Shown here: in pieces, positions 40,873-48,438 of the stretch
Numbering within the stretch: position 1 is the stretch's first letter
How the letters are laid out: the number at the start of each line of letters is the position of its first letter
Origin: Clostridia bacterium
GTDB lineage: Bacteria > Bacillota > Clostridia > UBA1381
Direction of reading: 5' to 3'
DNA: 48,438 bases
NCBI GenBank assembly: GCA_045657585.1
Contig: JAZOTJ010000078.1
Span: 1-48,438, forward strand
Made by a program: the position numbers and the translations under genes
The notes under the pieces: generated by a model
Databases searched by the model: none
Told to the model about the DNA's origin: nothing
The model's input: only the letters and a program-made list of their open reading frames with translations

Positions 40873-42024
40873 TTAAAAATAATTCATAGGATTTTGCAAA
40901 CTACCATTAAGCTGTACTTCAAAATGTATATGTGGACCTGTCGAGTTGCCTGTCGAACCGCATTTTGCAATAACCTGTCCTCTTGTGACTTTTGCACCCT
41001 TAGAAACCAACAAACTACTGTTATGTGCATATAATGTTACAAGTCCACCACCATGATTGATTGTAATATAATATCCATAGCTGTTATTCCAGCCTGCTGT
41101 CACAACTGTTCCTGCTTCTGCTGCCAATACATTACTTCCCATTGCCGCACCAATATCAATTCCCCTATGGAGCTTTTTAACTCCGGAAATAGGGTGAATT
41201 CTATAACCATATGAAGATGTTATTCTTTGTGAAACTGCTGATGGCCAGCAAAGTTTTCCGCCGGAATATTTAACTGATGATTTTGATGAAGATGAAGACA
41301 TAGCAGCATTCAATTCATTCTGAATTGCCTGATAATCTGCTTCCATCTTGGCCTCTTCTCTTTCCAAAGCTTTTATATCATTATTAATCTCATTAATAAT
41401 CTTATCTTTTTCTTTTCTCAGGGAATCTAACTTTGATTTTTTGTTTTCTAAAATACTTCTTGCCTCAATCTGTTCATTTTGCTCATTAACAATTAATTGC
41501 TTTGCCTCTTCAACCTTCTCTTTTGATGCAATAAAATTATTAATTACATTTTTATCATAATTATATACACTTTTTATAACAGAAATTCTGGTAACCAAAT
41601 CGGAAAGACCGTCCGCTTCAAGAAGAAGCTCAAGATATGATGTAGTACCATACTCATACATTACAACTAATCTTTCATTCAACTTGTCTTCATTTTTTTC
41701 AATTTCAGCAGAAAGAGCTTCAATTTCTGAATTTTTTTCCTGAATTTGAGCTTCTTTTTCATCAATTAATACCTGTGTTGATTCAATATCATCAACCAAT
41801 GCTGAAATTTGTAAATCAAGACTGTTTCTTTTTTCGACTTCAGCATTCTTTTCAGATTTCTTGGCATTTATTTCTTTTTCTTTTTGTTTTATCTGTTCAT
41901 TTCTTTTTTGCATTTCAGATTTTAATTCACTTACGCTTTTAGCAGCATTAACGGAACTAAAACTTGTAAGCAGGAATAAAGTCAACAATAAAACAAATAA
42001 TTTATTTTTTCGCATAAAACTCAT
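40873..42024 (-). CDS. Secreted coiled-coil M23 (LytM-type) peptidoglycan endopeptidase with an EnvC-like architecture
   Basis: A signal peptide and about 230 aa of coiled coil. The C-terminal LytM domain has intact HRGIDIG (HxxxD) and GPHIHFEV (HxH) motifs. Confidence 0.9.
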   Translation of the reverse strand: MSFMRKNKLFVLLLTLFLLTSFSSVNAAKSVSELKSEMQKRNEQIKQKEKEINAKKSEKNAEVEKRNSLDLQISALVDDIESTQVLIDEKEAQIQEKNSEIEALSAEIEKNEDKLNERLVVMYEYGTTSYLELLLEADGLSDLVTRISVIKSVYNYDKNVINNFIASKEKVEEAKQLIVNEQNEQIEARSILENKKSKLDSLRKEKDKIINEINNDIKALEREEAKMEADYQAIQNELNAAMSSSSSKSSVKYSGGKLCWPSAVSQRITSSYGYRIHPISGVKKLHRGIDIGAAMGSNVLAAEAGTVVTAGWNNSYGYYITINHGGGLVTLYAHNSSLLVSKGAKVTRGQVIAKCGSTGNSTGPHIHFEVQLNGSLQNPMNYF

Positions 42025-42025
42025 C

Positions 42026-42922
42026 CTAAACCTTTAAATATTTTCTCATTGAAATTGAACTTCCGATAATTCCTATCATACAACCAAATACTACAAACAC
42101 AGCACATAATAATGGTGCCATATTCAAATATGGAATTAACTCAACAACATCAAAAGAAGATTGTGAAAATTTAGAATAAACTACAATATATCCCCACGAA
42201 ATCAGACCAAATGACAACAATGCTCCGAGAAATCCTATCATTATTCCCTCGATAATAAATGGAATTCTGATAAATCTGTCAGTTGCACCTATGTACTTCA
42301 TAATGTTTATTTCTTTTCTCCTGTTAAAAACAGTCAGTCTAACAGTGTTGGAGATAATAACAACCGAAATCAAAAATAAAATAATCATTACAATCGCACT
42401 CAGATTTTTAACTGCATTTGATGCAGAGATAACGATATTAGTTAAATCCTGCTTGTTTTCAATATGACTCACATCTGAGATTTTTTCAAGTTCAGACACC
42501 GTCTGCGCAGTTTTTGAAATATCCTGTAATGTTATTTTGTATGAATCAGAAAAAGGGTTGTCTTCCTCAGTATAATCCCCTATTAACTCAGTTTTTCCAT
42601 CAAAAACATCATTCATTGCATATTCATACAATTCCTCGCGAGAATAAAAAACAACCTCTTTAACATTCGGATATGTTAATATTTCATCAGCAATCTGCGA
42701 AACTCTTGTATCATCAGTTCCAAGGTTTATAAAAAGCTGAATTTCACATTGGTCTTTAATCTGCGACGTAAATGAATTTACATTTAAAGTGATTATAGTA
42801 AATAAGCCTAATATTAACAGACAACAACTAATTGTAAATAAAGATGCCACACTCATAAGGCCATTTCTGATGACATTTTTCTTTGCCTGCGATATTGAAT
42901 ATCTAATCTTCGACAGATTCAT
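42026..42922 (-). CDS. ftsX: Cell division ABC transporter permease FtsX
   Basis: Four TM segments with a large first extracellular loop, and the motif NRRKEINIMKYIGAT. ATG 42922 lies 9 nt after GGAGGTG. Confidence 0.9.
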   Translation of the reverse strand: MNLSKIRYSISQAKKNVIRNGLMSVASLFTISCCLLILGLFTIITLNVNSFTSQIKDQCEIQLFINLGTDDTRVSQIADEILTYPNVKEVVFYSREELYEYAMNDVFDGKTELIGDYTEEDNPFSDSYKITLQDISKTAQTVSELEKISDVSHIENKQDLTNIVISASNAVKNLSAIVMIILFLISVVIISNTVRLTVFNRRKEINIMKYIGATDRFIRIPFIIEGIMIGFLGALLSFGLISWGYIVVYSKFSQSSFDVVELIPYLNMAPLLCAVFVVFGCMIGIIGSSISMRKYLKV

Positions 42923-43598
42923 TATGATATTCACCTCCAAGCTCATCTCTTACAACATGTCCATCACATATTTCTATAACTCTTTTATGCATTACATCAA
43001 CAATGTCTTTAGCATGTGTTGCCATAATAATTGTTGTTCCCATTTGATTTATATTTTCAAATATTTCCATTATTTCCATTGCAGTTTTGGGATTAAGGTT
43101 TCCTGTCGGCTCATCAGCAATAAGAATTGAAGGGTTATTTACTAATGCACGAGCCAAGGCAACTCTTTGCTGTTCTCCACCAGATAGTTCTGTCGGAAGC
43201 ATCTTTGCCTTATAGTTTAGGCCAACCATATTTAATACAACAGGAACTCTTCTTCTTATTTCCCTTTTTGTCGCACCTACAACTCTCATTGCAAATTCGA
43301 CGTTTTCATAAACAGTCCTGTCATTTAATAGTCTGAAATCCTGGAAAACAACACCCATTTTTCTTCTAAGATATGGAATTTCTTTTTCAGTTATCTTTGT
43401 GATATCTTCACCATTTAGAAAAACTTCACCTGATGTGACATTTTCTTCTCTCATCAAAAGCTTGGTTATTGTTGTTTTTCCTGCACCGCTTGAGCCTACC
43501 AAGAAAACAAACTCTCCATTTTCAATCTGAAGATTTACGTTTTCAAGTGCAAGCGTTCCGTTGTCATATTCCTTTGTTACATTTATCAACTCAATCAT
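42903..43598 (-). CDS. ftsE: Cell division ATP-binding protein FtsE
   Basis: Walker A GSSGAGKTT, signature LSGGEQQR, Walker B ILIADEPTGNL. ATG 43598 lies 5 nt after AGGTGGA. Confidence 0.95.
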   Translation of the reverse strand: MIELINVTKEYDNGTLALENVNLQIENGEFVFLVGSSGAGKTTITKLLMREENVTSGEVFLNGEDITKITEKEIPYLRRKMGVVFQDFRLLNDRTVYENVEFAMRVVGATKREIRRRVPVVLNMVGLNYKAKMLPTELSGGEQQRVALARALVNNPSILIADEPTGNLNPKTAMEIMEIFENINQMGTTIIMATHAKDIVDVMHKRVIEICDGHVVRDELGGEYHNESVED

Positions 43599-43620
43599 TA
43601 GCTTCCACCTGTGATACAAA

Positions 43621-44706
43621 TTATTTCTTAAGTGAATTTGACTTTAGATATTTATTTACCATCATAGCAACCTTAAATACAATTGCCTGGTCAAACTTTC
43701 TTAAATCAAGACCTGTGAGTTTATTTATCTTTTCAAGTCTGTAAACAAGAGTATTTCTGTGGACAAATAACTGTCTTGATGTTTCTGAAACATTCAAATC
43801 ATTTTCAAAGAATTTGTTGATTGTAAGAATTGTTTCAGCATCTAATAACGCAATATCGTTTTTCTTCAAAACCTCTGACAAAAATAATTCACAAAGCTTT
43901 GTTGGCAATTGATATATAAGTCTGCCAATACCAAGGTTTGCATAGTTTAAAATATATTTTTCGTCATCAAACACTTTTCCGACTTCCAATGCAACCTGTG
44001 ATTCTTTATATGCAGAGTTAAGCTCATTGATATTGGCAGCAACCGTACTTACACCAATCAACACTTTATTCATTGACTCTGAATTCACAGTATCCAATAT
44101 TGACTTTGCAATTTCATCCAATTCCTCGGATGTCAGTATTTCCTTTAATTCTTTAATTAAAATAATATTTTCACTATCAATGTTAACAACGAAATCCTTT
44201 TCCTTATCAGGGAAAAGATTTCTGATAACTTCATATATAGCTGTATCCGCCTTTTTCTGAACCTTTATGTAAAAAACTGCACGAGGAGCATCGGTATCGA
44301 CATGAAGCTCAAGAGCTTTTTGATGCAAATCAAATGATAGCATATTATCAAGAATTATATTCTGCATAAAAATTGTTTTATCATACTTTTCATCATAATA
44401 CAATCTTACATTATTTGCAGCAACTGTTACAGCATTACAGCAATATTTTGAAATCTCATCAACACCCTCAACATATACAACATATTCAGGATAAGATTTC
44501 CCTGAAATCAATCTGACAGTATATCCGTTTTTAAAATACAGCTTATCATCAGTAGGAATTGAGTATGCTAATTCCTCTATAATTTCTTCGGAAACCTCCG
44601 GACCGTTCGCTGCTAATATCAATCCCTGTGCATCAGCAATACCAAATCTTTTGGGAAATACCTCCGCCATCTGTGAAACAATATTCCCAAATGCTTTACT
44701 AATCAT
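43621..44706 (-). CDS. PucR/CdaR-family transcriptional regulator
   Basis: The C-terminal HTH is NVSETSRQLFVHRNTLVYRLEKINKLTGLDLR, and the N-terminal domain is CdaR-like. The gene ends 22 nt before ftsE. Confidence 0.8.
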   Translation of the reverse strand: MISKAFGNIVSQMAEVFPKRFGIADAQGLILAANGPEVSEEIIEELAYSIPTDDKLYFKNGYTVRLISGKSYPEYVVYVEGVDEISKYCCNAVTVAANNVRLYYDEKYDKTIFMQNIILDNMLSFDLHQKALELHVDTDAPRAVFYIKVQKKADTAIYEVIRNLFPDKEKDFVVNIDSENIILIKELKEILTSEELDEIAKSILDTVNSESMNKVLIGVSTVAANINELNSAYKESQVALEVGKVFDDEKYILNYANLGIGRLIYQLPTKLCELFLSEVLKKNDIALLDAETILTINKFFENDLNVSETSRQLFVHRNTLVYRLEKINKLTGLDLRKFDQAIVFKVAMMVNKYLKSNSLKK

Positions 44707-44848
44707 TAATAACCCCTCCTGGATATCATTTTTTACATAGATATTCTTATTTTATCATAAAATTTATATTTTGTACAGTTTTTTTGAATATTTTTTATTT
44801 TTTTTATACATTTTATAGTTTTTATTTGCAAATACTTACAATTTATTT

Positions 44849-46564
44849 TTATTCTTCTCTGAATTGTTGGTTATATAACATTGCATAAAGACCATTATTT
44901 TTTATCAAATCATCATGTGCTCCCTGTTCAATTATTCTTCCGTCATCAATAACTGCAATCTCATCAGCATTTTTTATTGTTGAAAGTCTGTGAGCAACAA
45001 CAATTGTTGTTCTTCCTGCACACAATTCATCCAAAGATTTCTGAATGAGAATTTCTGTTGTATTGTCAAGTGCACTTGTTGCTTCATCAAGAATAAGAAT
45101 AGAAGGATTTTTTAAGAACACTCTTGCAATACTCAATCTCTGTTTTTGTCCGCCTGATAATTTTACTCCCCTCTCACCTATCTGTGTTTCATATCCATTT
45201 TCCAAAGACATAATGTAGTCGTGAATATTAGCTCTTTTTGCAGCTTCAATAATTTCTTCATCTGTTGCATCAAGATTTCCGTATAAAATGTTTTCCTTGA
45301 TACTTGAATTGAAGAGATAAATGTCCTGTTGAACAATTCCTATATTTCTTCTTAATGACTCTAAAGTAAACTCATTGATATTATGACCATCTATTAATAT
45401 TTCACCACCTGATATCTTATAAAAATTTGGTATAAGATGACAAATAGTGGTTTTTCCACCTCCGCTCGGTCCAACAAGTGCATATTTTTTGCCTTTTTCT
45501 ATTTCAAATGAAATACCTTTTAATATTTCTGCATTTTCACTATATGAATTTGATACATTTTTAAACTCAATTTTTCCTGACAGTCTGCCGGCATCTTTCG
45601 CTCCCGGAGAATCTGTTTCAGTTGCGGTATCCATAATTTCTATAAATCTTTCAAAACCTGTTACTCCATTTTGATATTGTTCCATAAATTGAATCAGAGT
45701 CATAACAGGTGATAAAAACAAGTTGACTGAAACAATAAATGCTGAAAAATCTCCGAAATTTATTTTACCACTGTATAAGAAAAATCCACCTGCAATTATT
45801 ATAATAACATTAAATACATCAGTTATAAACGCAGTCATTGAATGGAATTGTCCCATTCTTTTATAGGCTTCACTTCTTGCTTTGACAAACTCTTCATTAC
45901 CCACTTCAAATTTTTCTTCTTCTTTTTTAGAATTGGTAAAAGCTTTTGTGACTCTTATGCCTGATATACTGCTTTCCAATGCTGCATTAATAATTGCAAT
46001 AGAAAGTCGGCTCTTTTTGAATGCCTCTCTCATTTTTTTGCGAAGTGTTATAGCAATAATCAACAAAAATGGTACACACACAAAAATAATAAGTGTGAGC
46101 CACATATTAATACTCCAAAGATAGATAAAAGATGTCAAAACGGCAATGCTTGAAATTAAAATATTCTCAGGACCGTGATGCGCCAGCTCACTTATATCCA
46201 TAAGGTCATTTGTCATTCTGGACATAATTTTTCCTGTCTCATTTTCATCATAGAATTTATATGGTAATTTTTCGAGGTGTGAAAACATTTCACTTCTCAT
46301 GCTTGCCTGCATTCTGACACCCATAATATGTCCCTGATATTGAATAAAATAATTTAATAACATCTTGATTATGTATAAAATCATTAATGATATGCCTGAA
46401 ATAACAATAAGTCTTAAATTTTTATTGGGTATAAGGTCATTTATCATACTTCTTGTTATAATAGGATATACAATACCTATTGAGGAAACCAACAATGATG
46501 CTAACATATCTAATATAAATATTTTTTTGTGTGGTTTATAATAACTTAAAAATTTCCGTAACAA
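44849..46564 (-). CDS. ABC exporter, fused permease and ATPase (MsbA/multidrug type)
   Basis: Six TM helices followed by an NBD with GPSGGGKTT, LSGGQKQR and ILILDEATSALD. TTG start lies 10 nt after GGAG. Confidence 0.9.
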   Translation of the reverse strand: MLRKFLSYYKPHKKIFILDMLASLLVSSIGIVYPIITRSMINDLIPNKNLRLIVISGISLMILYIIKMLLNYFIQYQGHIMGVRMQASMRSEMFSHLEKLPYKFYDENETGKIMSRMTNDLMDISELAHHGPENILISSIAVLTSFIYLWSINMWLTLIIFVCVPFLLIIAITLRKKMREAFKKSRLSIAIINAALESSISGIRVTKAFTNSKKEEEKFEVGNEEFVKARSEAYKRMGQFHSMTAFITDVFNVIIIIAGGFFLYSGKINFGDFSAFIVSVNLFLSPVMTLIQFMEQYQNGVTGFERFIEIMDTATETDSPGAKDAGRLSGKIEFKNVSNSYSENAEILKGISFEIEKGKKYALVGPSGGGKTTICHLIPNFYKISGGEILIDGHNINEFTLESLRRNIGIVQQDIYLFNSSIKENILYGNLDATDEEIIEAAKRANIHDYIMSLENGYETQIGERGVKLSGGQKQRLSIARVFLKNPSILILDEATSALDNTTEILIQKSLDELCAGRTTIVVAHRLSTIKNADEIAVIDDGRIIEQGAHDDLIKNNGLYAMLYNQQFREE

Positions 46565-46596
46565 AACATAACATCTCCATTCTATTCATTATAAAT

Positions 46597-46625
46597 ATTA
46601 TATCATTTTATTAACAAAATGTAAA
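46597..46625 (-). promoter_or_regulatory. Sigma-A promoter for the ABC exporter gene
   Basis: On the minus strand: TTTACA, 17 nt spacer, TATAAT. Confidence 0.55.
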
Positions 46626-46649
46626 GAAAATTTTTAATGAAGAAAAGAC

Positions 46650-46678
46650 TTGATTTTTCATAAAAAATGATATATAAT
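46650..46678 (+). promoter_or_regulatory. Sigma-A promoter for yajC
   Basis: TTGATT, 17 nt spacer, TATAAT. Confidence 0.6.
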
Positions 46679-46715
46679 ACTTGACATAAATTGTATATTG
46701 GAAAGGAAGAAAATT

Positions 46716-47072
46716 ATGTTTGAAACAATTACAGCTTACGCCGAAAACACTTCAGCAACTACACAAGCAGCTTCACAAGCAGGTCCTATGGAATTAATTA
46801 TGAGTTTCTTGCCAATGGTTATTATTTTTGCATTATTATACTTTGTAATGATACGCCCACAAAGAAAACAGCAAAAGGCTCAACAAGCTATGAGAAATGC
46901 TTTGAAAGTTGGCGACAAGGTTGTTACAATCGGAGGAATTTGTGGTAAGGTAGCAAAAATCAAAGACGAATACATCTGGGTTGAATCTTCTCTACCTGGA
47001 GCTCCAGAAGATAAATCTTACATCAAATTCAAAAGATCTGCTATTGACTCAGTAGAAAAAACAGATGCATAA
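46716..47072 (+). CDS. yajC: Preprotein translocase subunit YajC
   Basis: The motif string LPMVIIFALLYFVMIRPQRKQQK...LKVGDKVVTIGGICGKV is present. ATG 46716 follows GGAAAGGAAG. Confidence 0.85.
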   Translation: MFETITAYAENTSATTQAASQAGPMELIMSFLPMVIIFALLYFVMIRPQRKQQKAQQAMRNALKVGDKVVTIGGICGKVAKIKDEYIWVESSLPGAPEDKSYIKFKRSAIDSVEKTDA

Positions 47073-47081
47073 ATGAGAAAA

Positions 47082-47123
47082 CTCCGCAATATATTTTACT
47101 ATAAAATGTTGCGGAGGTTTTTT
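47082..47123 (+). terminator. Hairpin plus T-run after yajC whose 3' arm contains the next gene's Shine-Dalgarno sequence
   Basis: ctccgcaa (47082-47089) pairs with ttgcggag (47109-47116), followed by gTTTTTT and then ATG 47124. Confidence 0.5.
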
Positions 47124-47504
47124 ATGTCTAAAAATAACACGATAAATTTCAAAGGTATTTTAAAAGGAATAATATTTAGTTTCATAATCACATTGATACT
47201 TGTTTTTATTATTGCAATTGTAAGCTATTTTGCTGATATCAGCGATAAGATAATTTCTGTTTCATTATTTGTTTCGTCAGTTTTGAGCGCTTTAATTGGT
47301 ACTTTTTTACTTGCACGAACTACATCAAATAATGGATTAATCCACGGTGCCCTGGTTGGGACTGGATATTTTATCATTATTCTGATTTCATCAATAGTTA
47401 TTAATAAAAGTATAAATGTTAATGCAAATCTGTTGACTATGCTTGCAGCAGACCTTGCAGGCGGAATGCTTGGTGGAATATTGGGAGTTAATTCAATAGA
47501 ATAA
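47124..47504 (+). CDS. Small polytopic membrane protein (YrzE/TIGR04086-like)
   Basis: Four predicted TM helices and a Gly-rich C-terminal helix LAGGMLGGILG. ATG 47124 lies 6 nt after GGAGG. Confidence 0.6.
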   Translation: MSKNNTINFKGILKGIIFSFIITLILVFIIAIVSYFADISDKIISVSLFVSSVLSALIGTFLLARTTSNNGLIHGALVGTGYFIIILISSIVINKSINVNANLLTMLAADLAGGMLGGILGVNSIE

Positions 47505-47506
47505 CT

Positions 47507-47539
47507 AAAAAAGCATCAGCAAATGCCGATGCTTTTTTT
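47507..47539. terminator. Bidirectional terminator between the membrane-protein gene and tRNA-Gly
   Basis: aaaaaagcatc...gatgcttttttt, a stem flanked by A6 and T7 runs. Confidence 0.65.
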
Positions 47540-47613
47540 GGAGCGGAAGACGAGATTCGAACTCGCGACGTTCACCTTGGCAAGGTGACGCTCTACCACT
47601 GAGCCACTCCCGC
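47539..47613 (-). tRNA. tRNA-Gly (anticodon GCC)
   Basis: The reverse complement is gcgggagtggctcagtggtagagcgtcaccttGCCaaggtgaacgtcgcgagttcgaatctcgtcttccgctcca. It folds as a cloverleaf with an encoded CCA. Confidence 0.92.
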
Positions 47614-47626
47614 ATAACTCATTGGT

Positions 47627-47655
47627 ATATTAACATATTTTTGTAAGCCTGTCAA
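47627..47655 (-). promoter_or_regulatory. Sigma-A promoter for tRNA-Gly
   Basis: On the minus strand: TTGACA, 17 nt spacer, TAATAT, with an extended -10 TG. Confidence 0.6.
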
Positions 47656-47661
47656 TAGCTT

Positions 47662-48438
47662 TTAGCAATTTTTCAGAAAATTCATTGCATCTTCTATTGC
47701 TTTTTTTACTCTGTCTTCGCAAGGTCCACCTATGATATCTCTACCATCAACACAGGTTTTCATACTAATTGCATCATATATATCATTCTCAATTAAATCA
47801 GAAAATTCTTTCATTTCATCAAGTGTAAGTTCGTCAAGGCTAATATTTTTTTCTATGCAACGATACACCATTCTACCTGAAACTCCATGAGCTTCGCGGA
47901 ATGGCATACCTTTTTTCACAAGATAATCTGCCAAATCAGTCGCATTGGTAAAACCACCCTTTGCTCCCTTTAGCATAACATCCTTATTGATTTTCATTGT
48001 TGCAAGCATATCACAAAATACAGGCAAGCAAAGCTTAACTGTATCAACTGCATCAAAAATCGGCTCTTTGTCTTCCTGCATATCCTTATTATATGCAAGA
48101 GGAATACCCTTCATTGTTGTCAATAACCCCATCAAATGTCCATAAACCCTTCCGGTTTTACCTCTTATTAATTCAGCAACATCCGGATTTTTTTTCTGTG
48201 GCATAATTGATGAGCCTGTTGAAAATGCATCATCCATTTCCACAAATGAAAATTCGTGACTTGACCATAAGATAAGCTCCTCGCAAAATCTTGACATATG
48301 CATCATTATTATTGATAAAACCCCTGAGAGTTCAATTGCAAAATCTCTGTCAGACACGCCATCTAATGAGTTTTGTGTCACGCTTGAAAATCCTAACAAT
48401 TCCTTAACATATTCTCTGTCAAGCGGATATGTTGTTCC
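47662..48438 (-). CDS. argH: Argininosuccinate lyase, C-terminal part; the gene continues beyond the window
   Basis: The motifs [11 protein letters not shown] and [12 protein letters not shown] (the fumarate-lyase signature) are present. The frame stays open to base 48438 ([13 protein letters not shown]...). Confidence 0.95.
   Translation of the reverse strand, partial: GTTYPLDREYVKELLGFSSVTQNSLDGVSDRDFAIELSGVLSIIMMHMSRFCEELILWSSHEFSFVEMDDAFSTGSSIMPQKKNPDVAELIRGKTGRVYGHLMGLLTTMKGIPLAYNKDMQEDKEPIFDAVDTVKLCLPVFCDMLATMKINKDVMLKGAKGGFTNATDLADYLVKKGMPFREAHGVSGRMVYRCIEKNISLDELTLDEMKEFSDLIENDIYDAISMKTCVDGRDIIGGPCEDRVKKAIEDAMNFLKNC

Overview
This is an AT-rich chromosomal core segment from a Firmicutes genome. 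It looks Clostridia-like and probably comes from a spore-former, since a yunB homologue is present. I support about 45 protein-coding genes, 2 tRNAs, one decayed gene remnant, and a set of sigma-A-type promoters and rho-independent terminators read directly from the sequence. Gene order, left to right:
- two paralogous acidic membrane proteins
- an amidohydrolase (-)
- dnaG-rpoD-prmA-(degenerate flavodiiron-like gene)-rsmE-yqeG-like phosphatase
- an aroK remnant and an endonuclease-IV-like TIM-barrel gene
- then on the minus strand: LtaS-family transferase, ilvE, upp, nrdG, nrdD
- addA (+), with no addB next to it
- a long minus-strand run: small AT-rich ORF, unknown 249-aa gene, M20 amidohydrolase, ligA, yunB, aspS, hisS, ftsY, smc, radical-SAM gene, rnc, acpP
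- tRNA-Arg(CCT) (+)
- minus strand again: an orphan GH42-like 649-aa gene, aminotransferase, Lrp/AsnC regulator, S41 protease, M23 peptidase, ftsX, ftsE, PucR/CdaR-like regulator, ABC exporter
- yajC and a small membrane protein (+), tRNA-Gly(GCC) (-), and the 3' part of argH (-)

I found no CRISPR array, rRNA, transposase, integrase, phage module or recognisable defence island. The window is mainly housekeeping. The candidates for novelty are modest:
- a flavodiiron-like protein with a degenerate metal site, embedded in the dnaG-rpoD-prmA-rsmE operon
- an unassigned three-gene tail translationally coupled to ligA
- an orphan, divergent GH42-like protein
- a PucR-type regulator fused onto an ftsEX/M23/S41 cell-wall operon
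- tandem paralogous acidic membrane proteins

Several ORF-track start codons are revised from Shine-Dalgarno and promoter positions. All functional calls come from motif recognition by eye; no database search was run.
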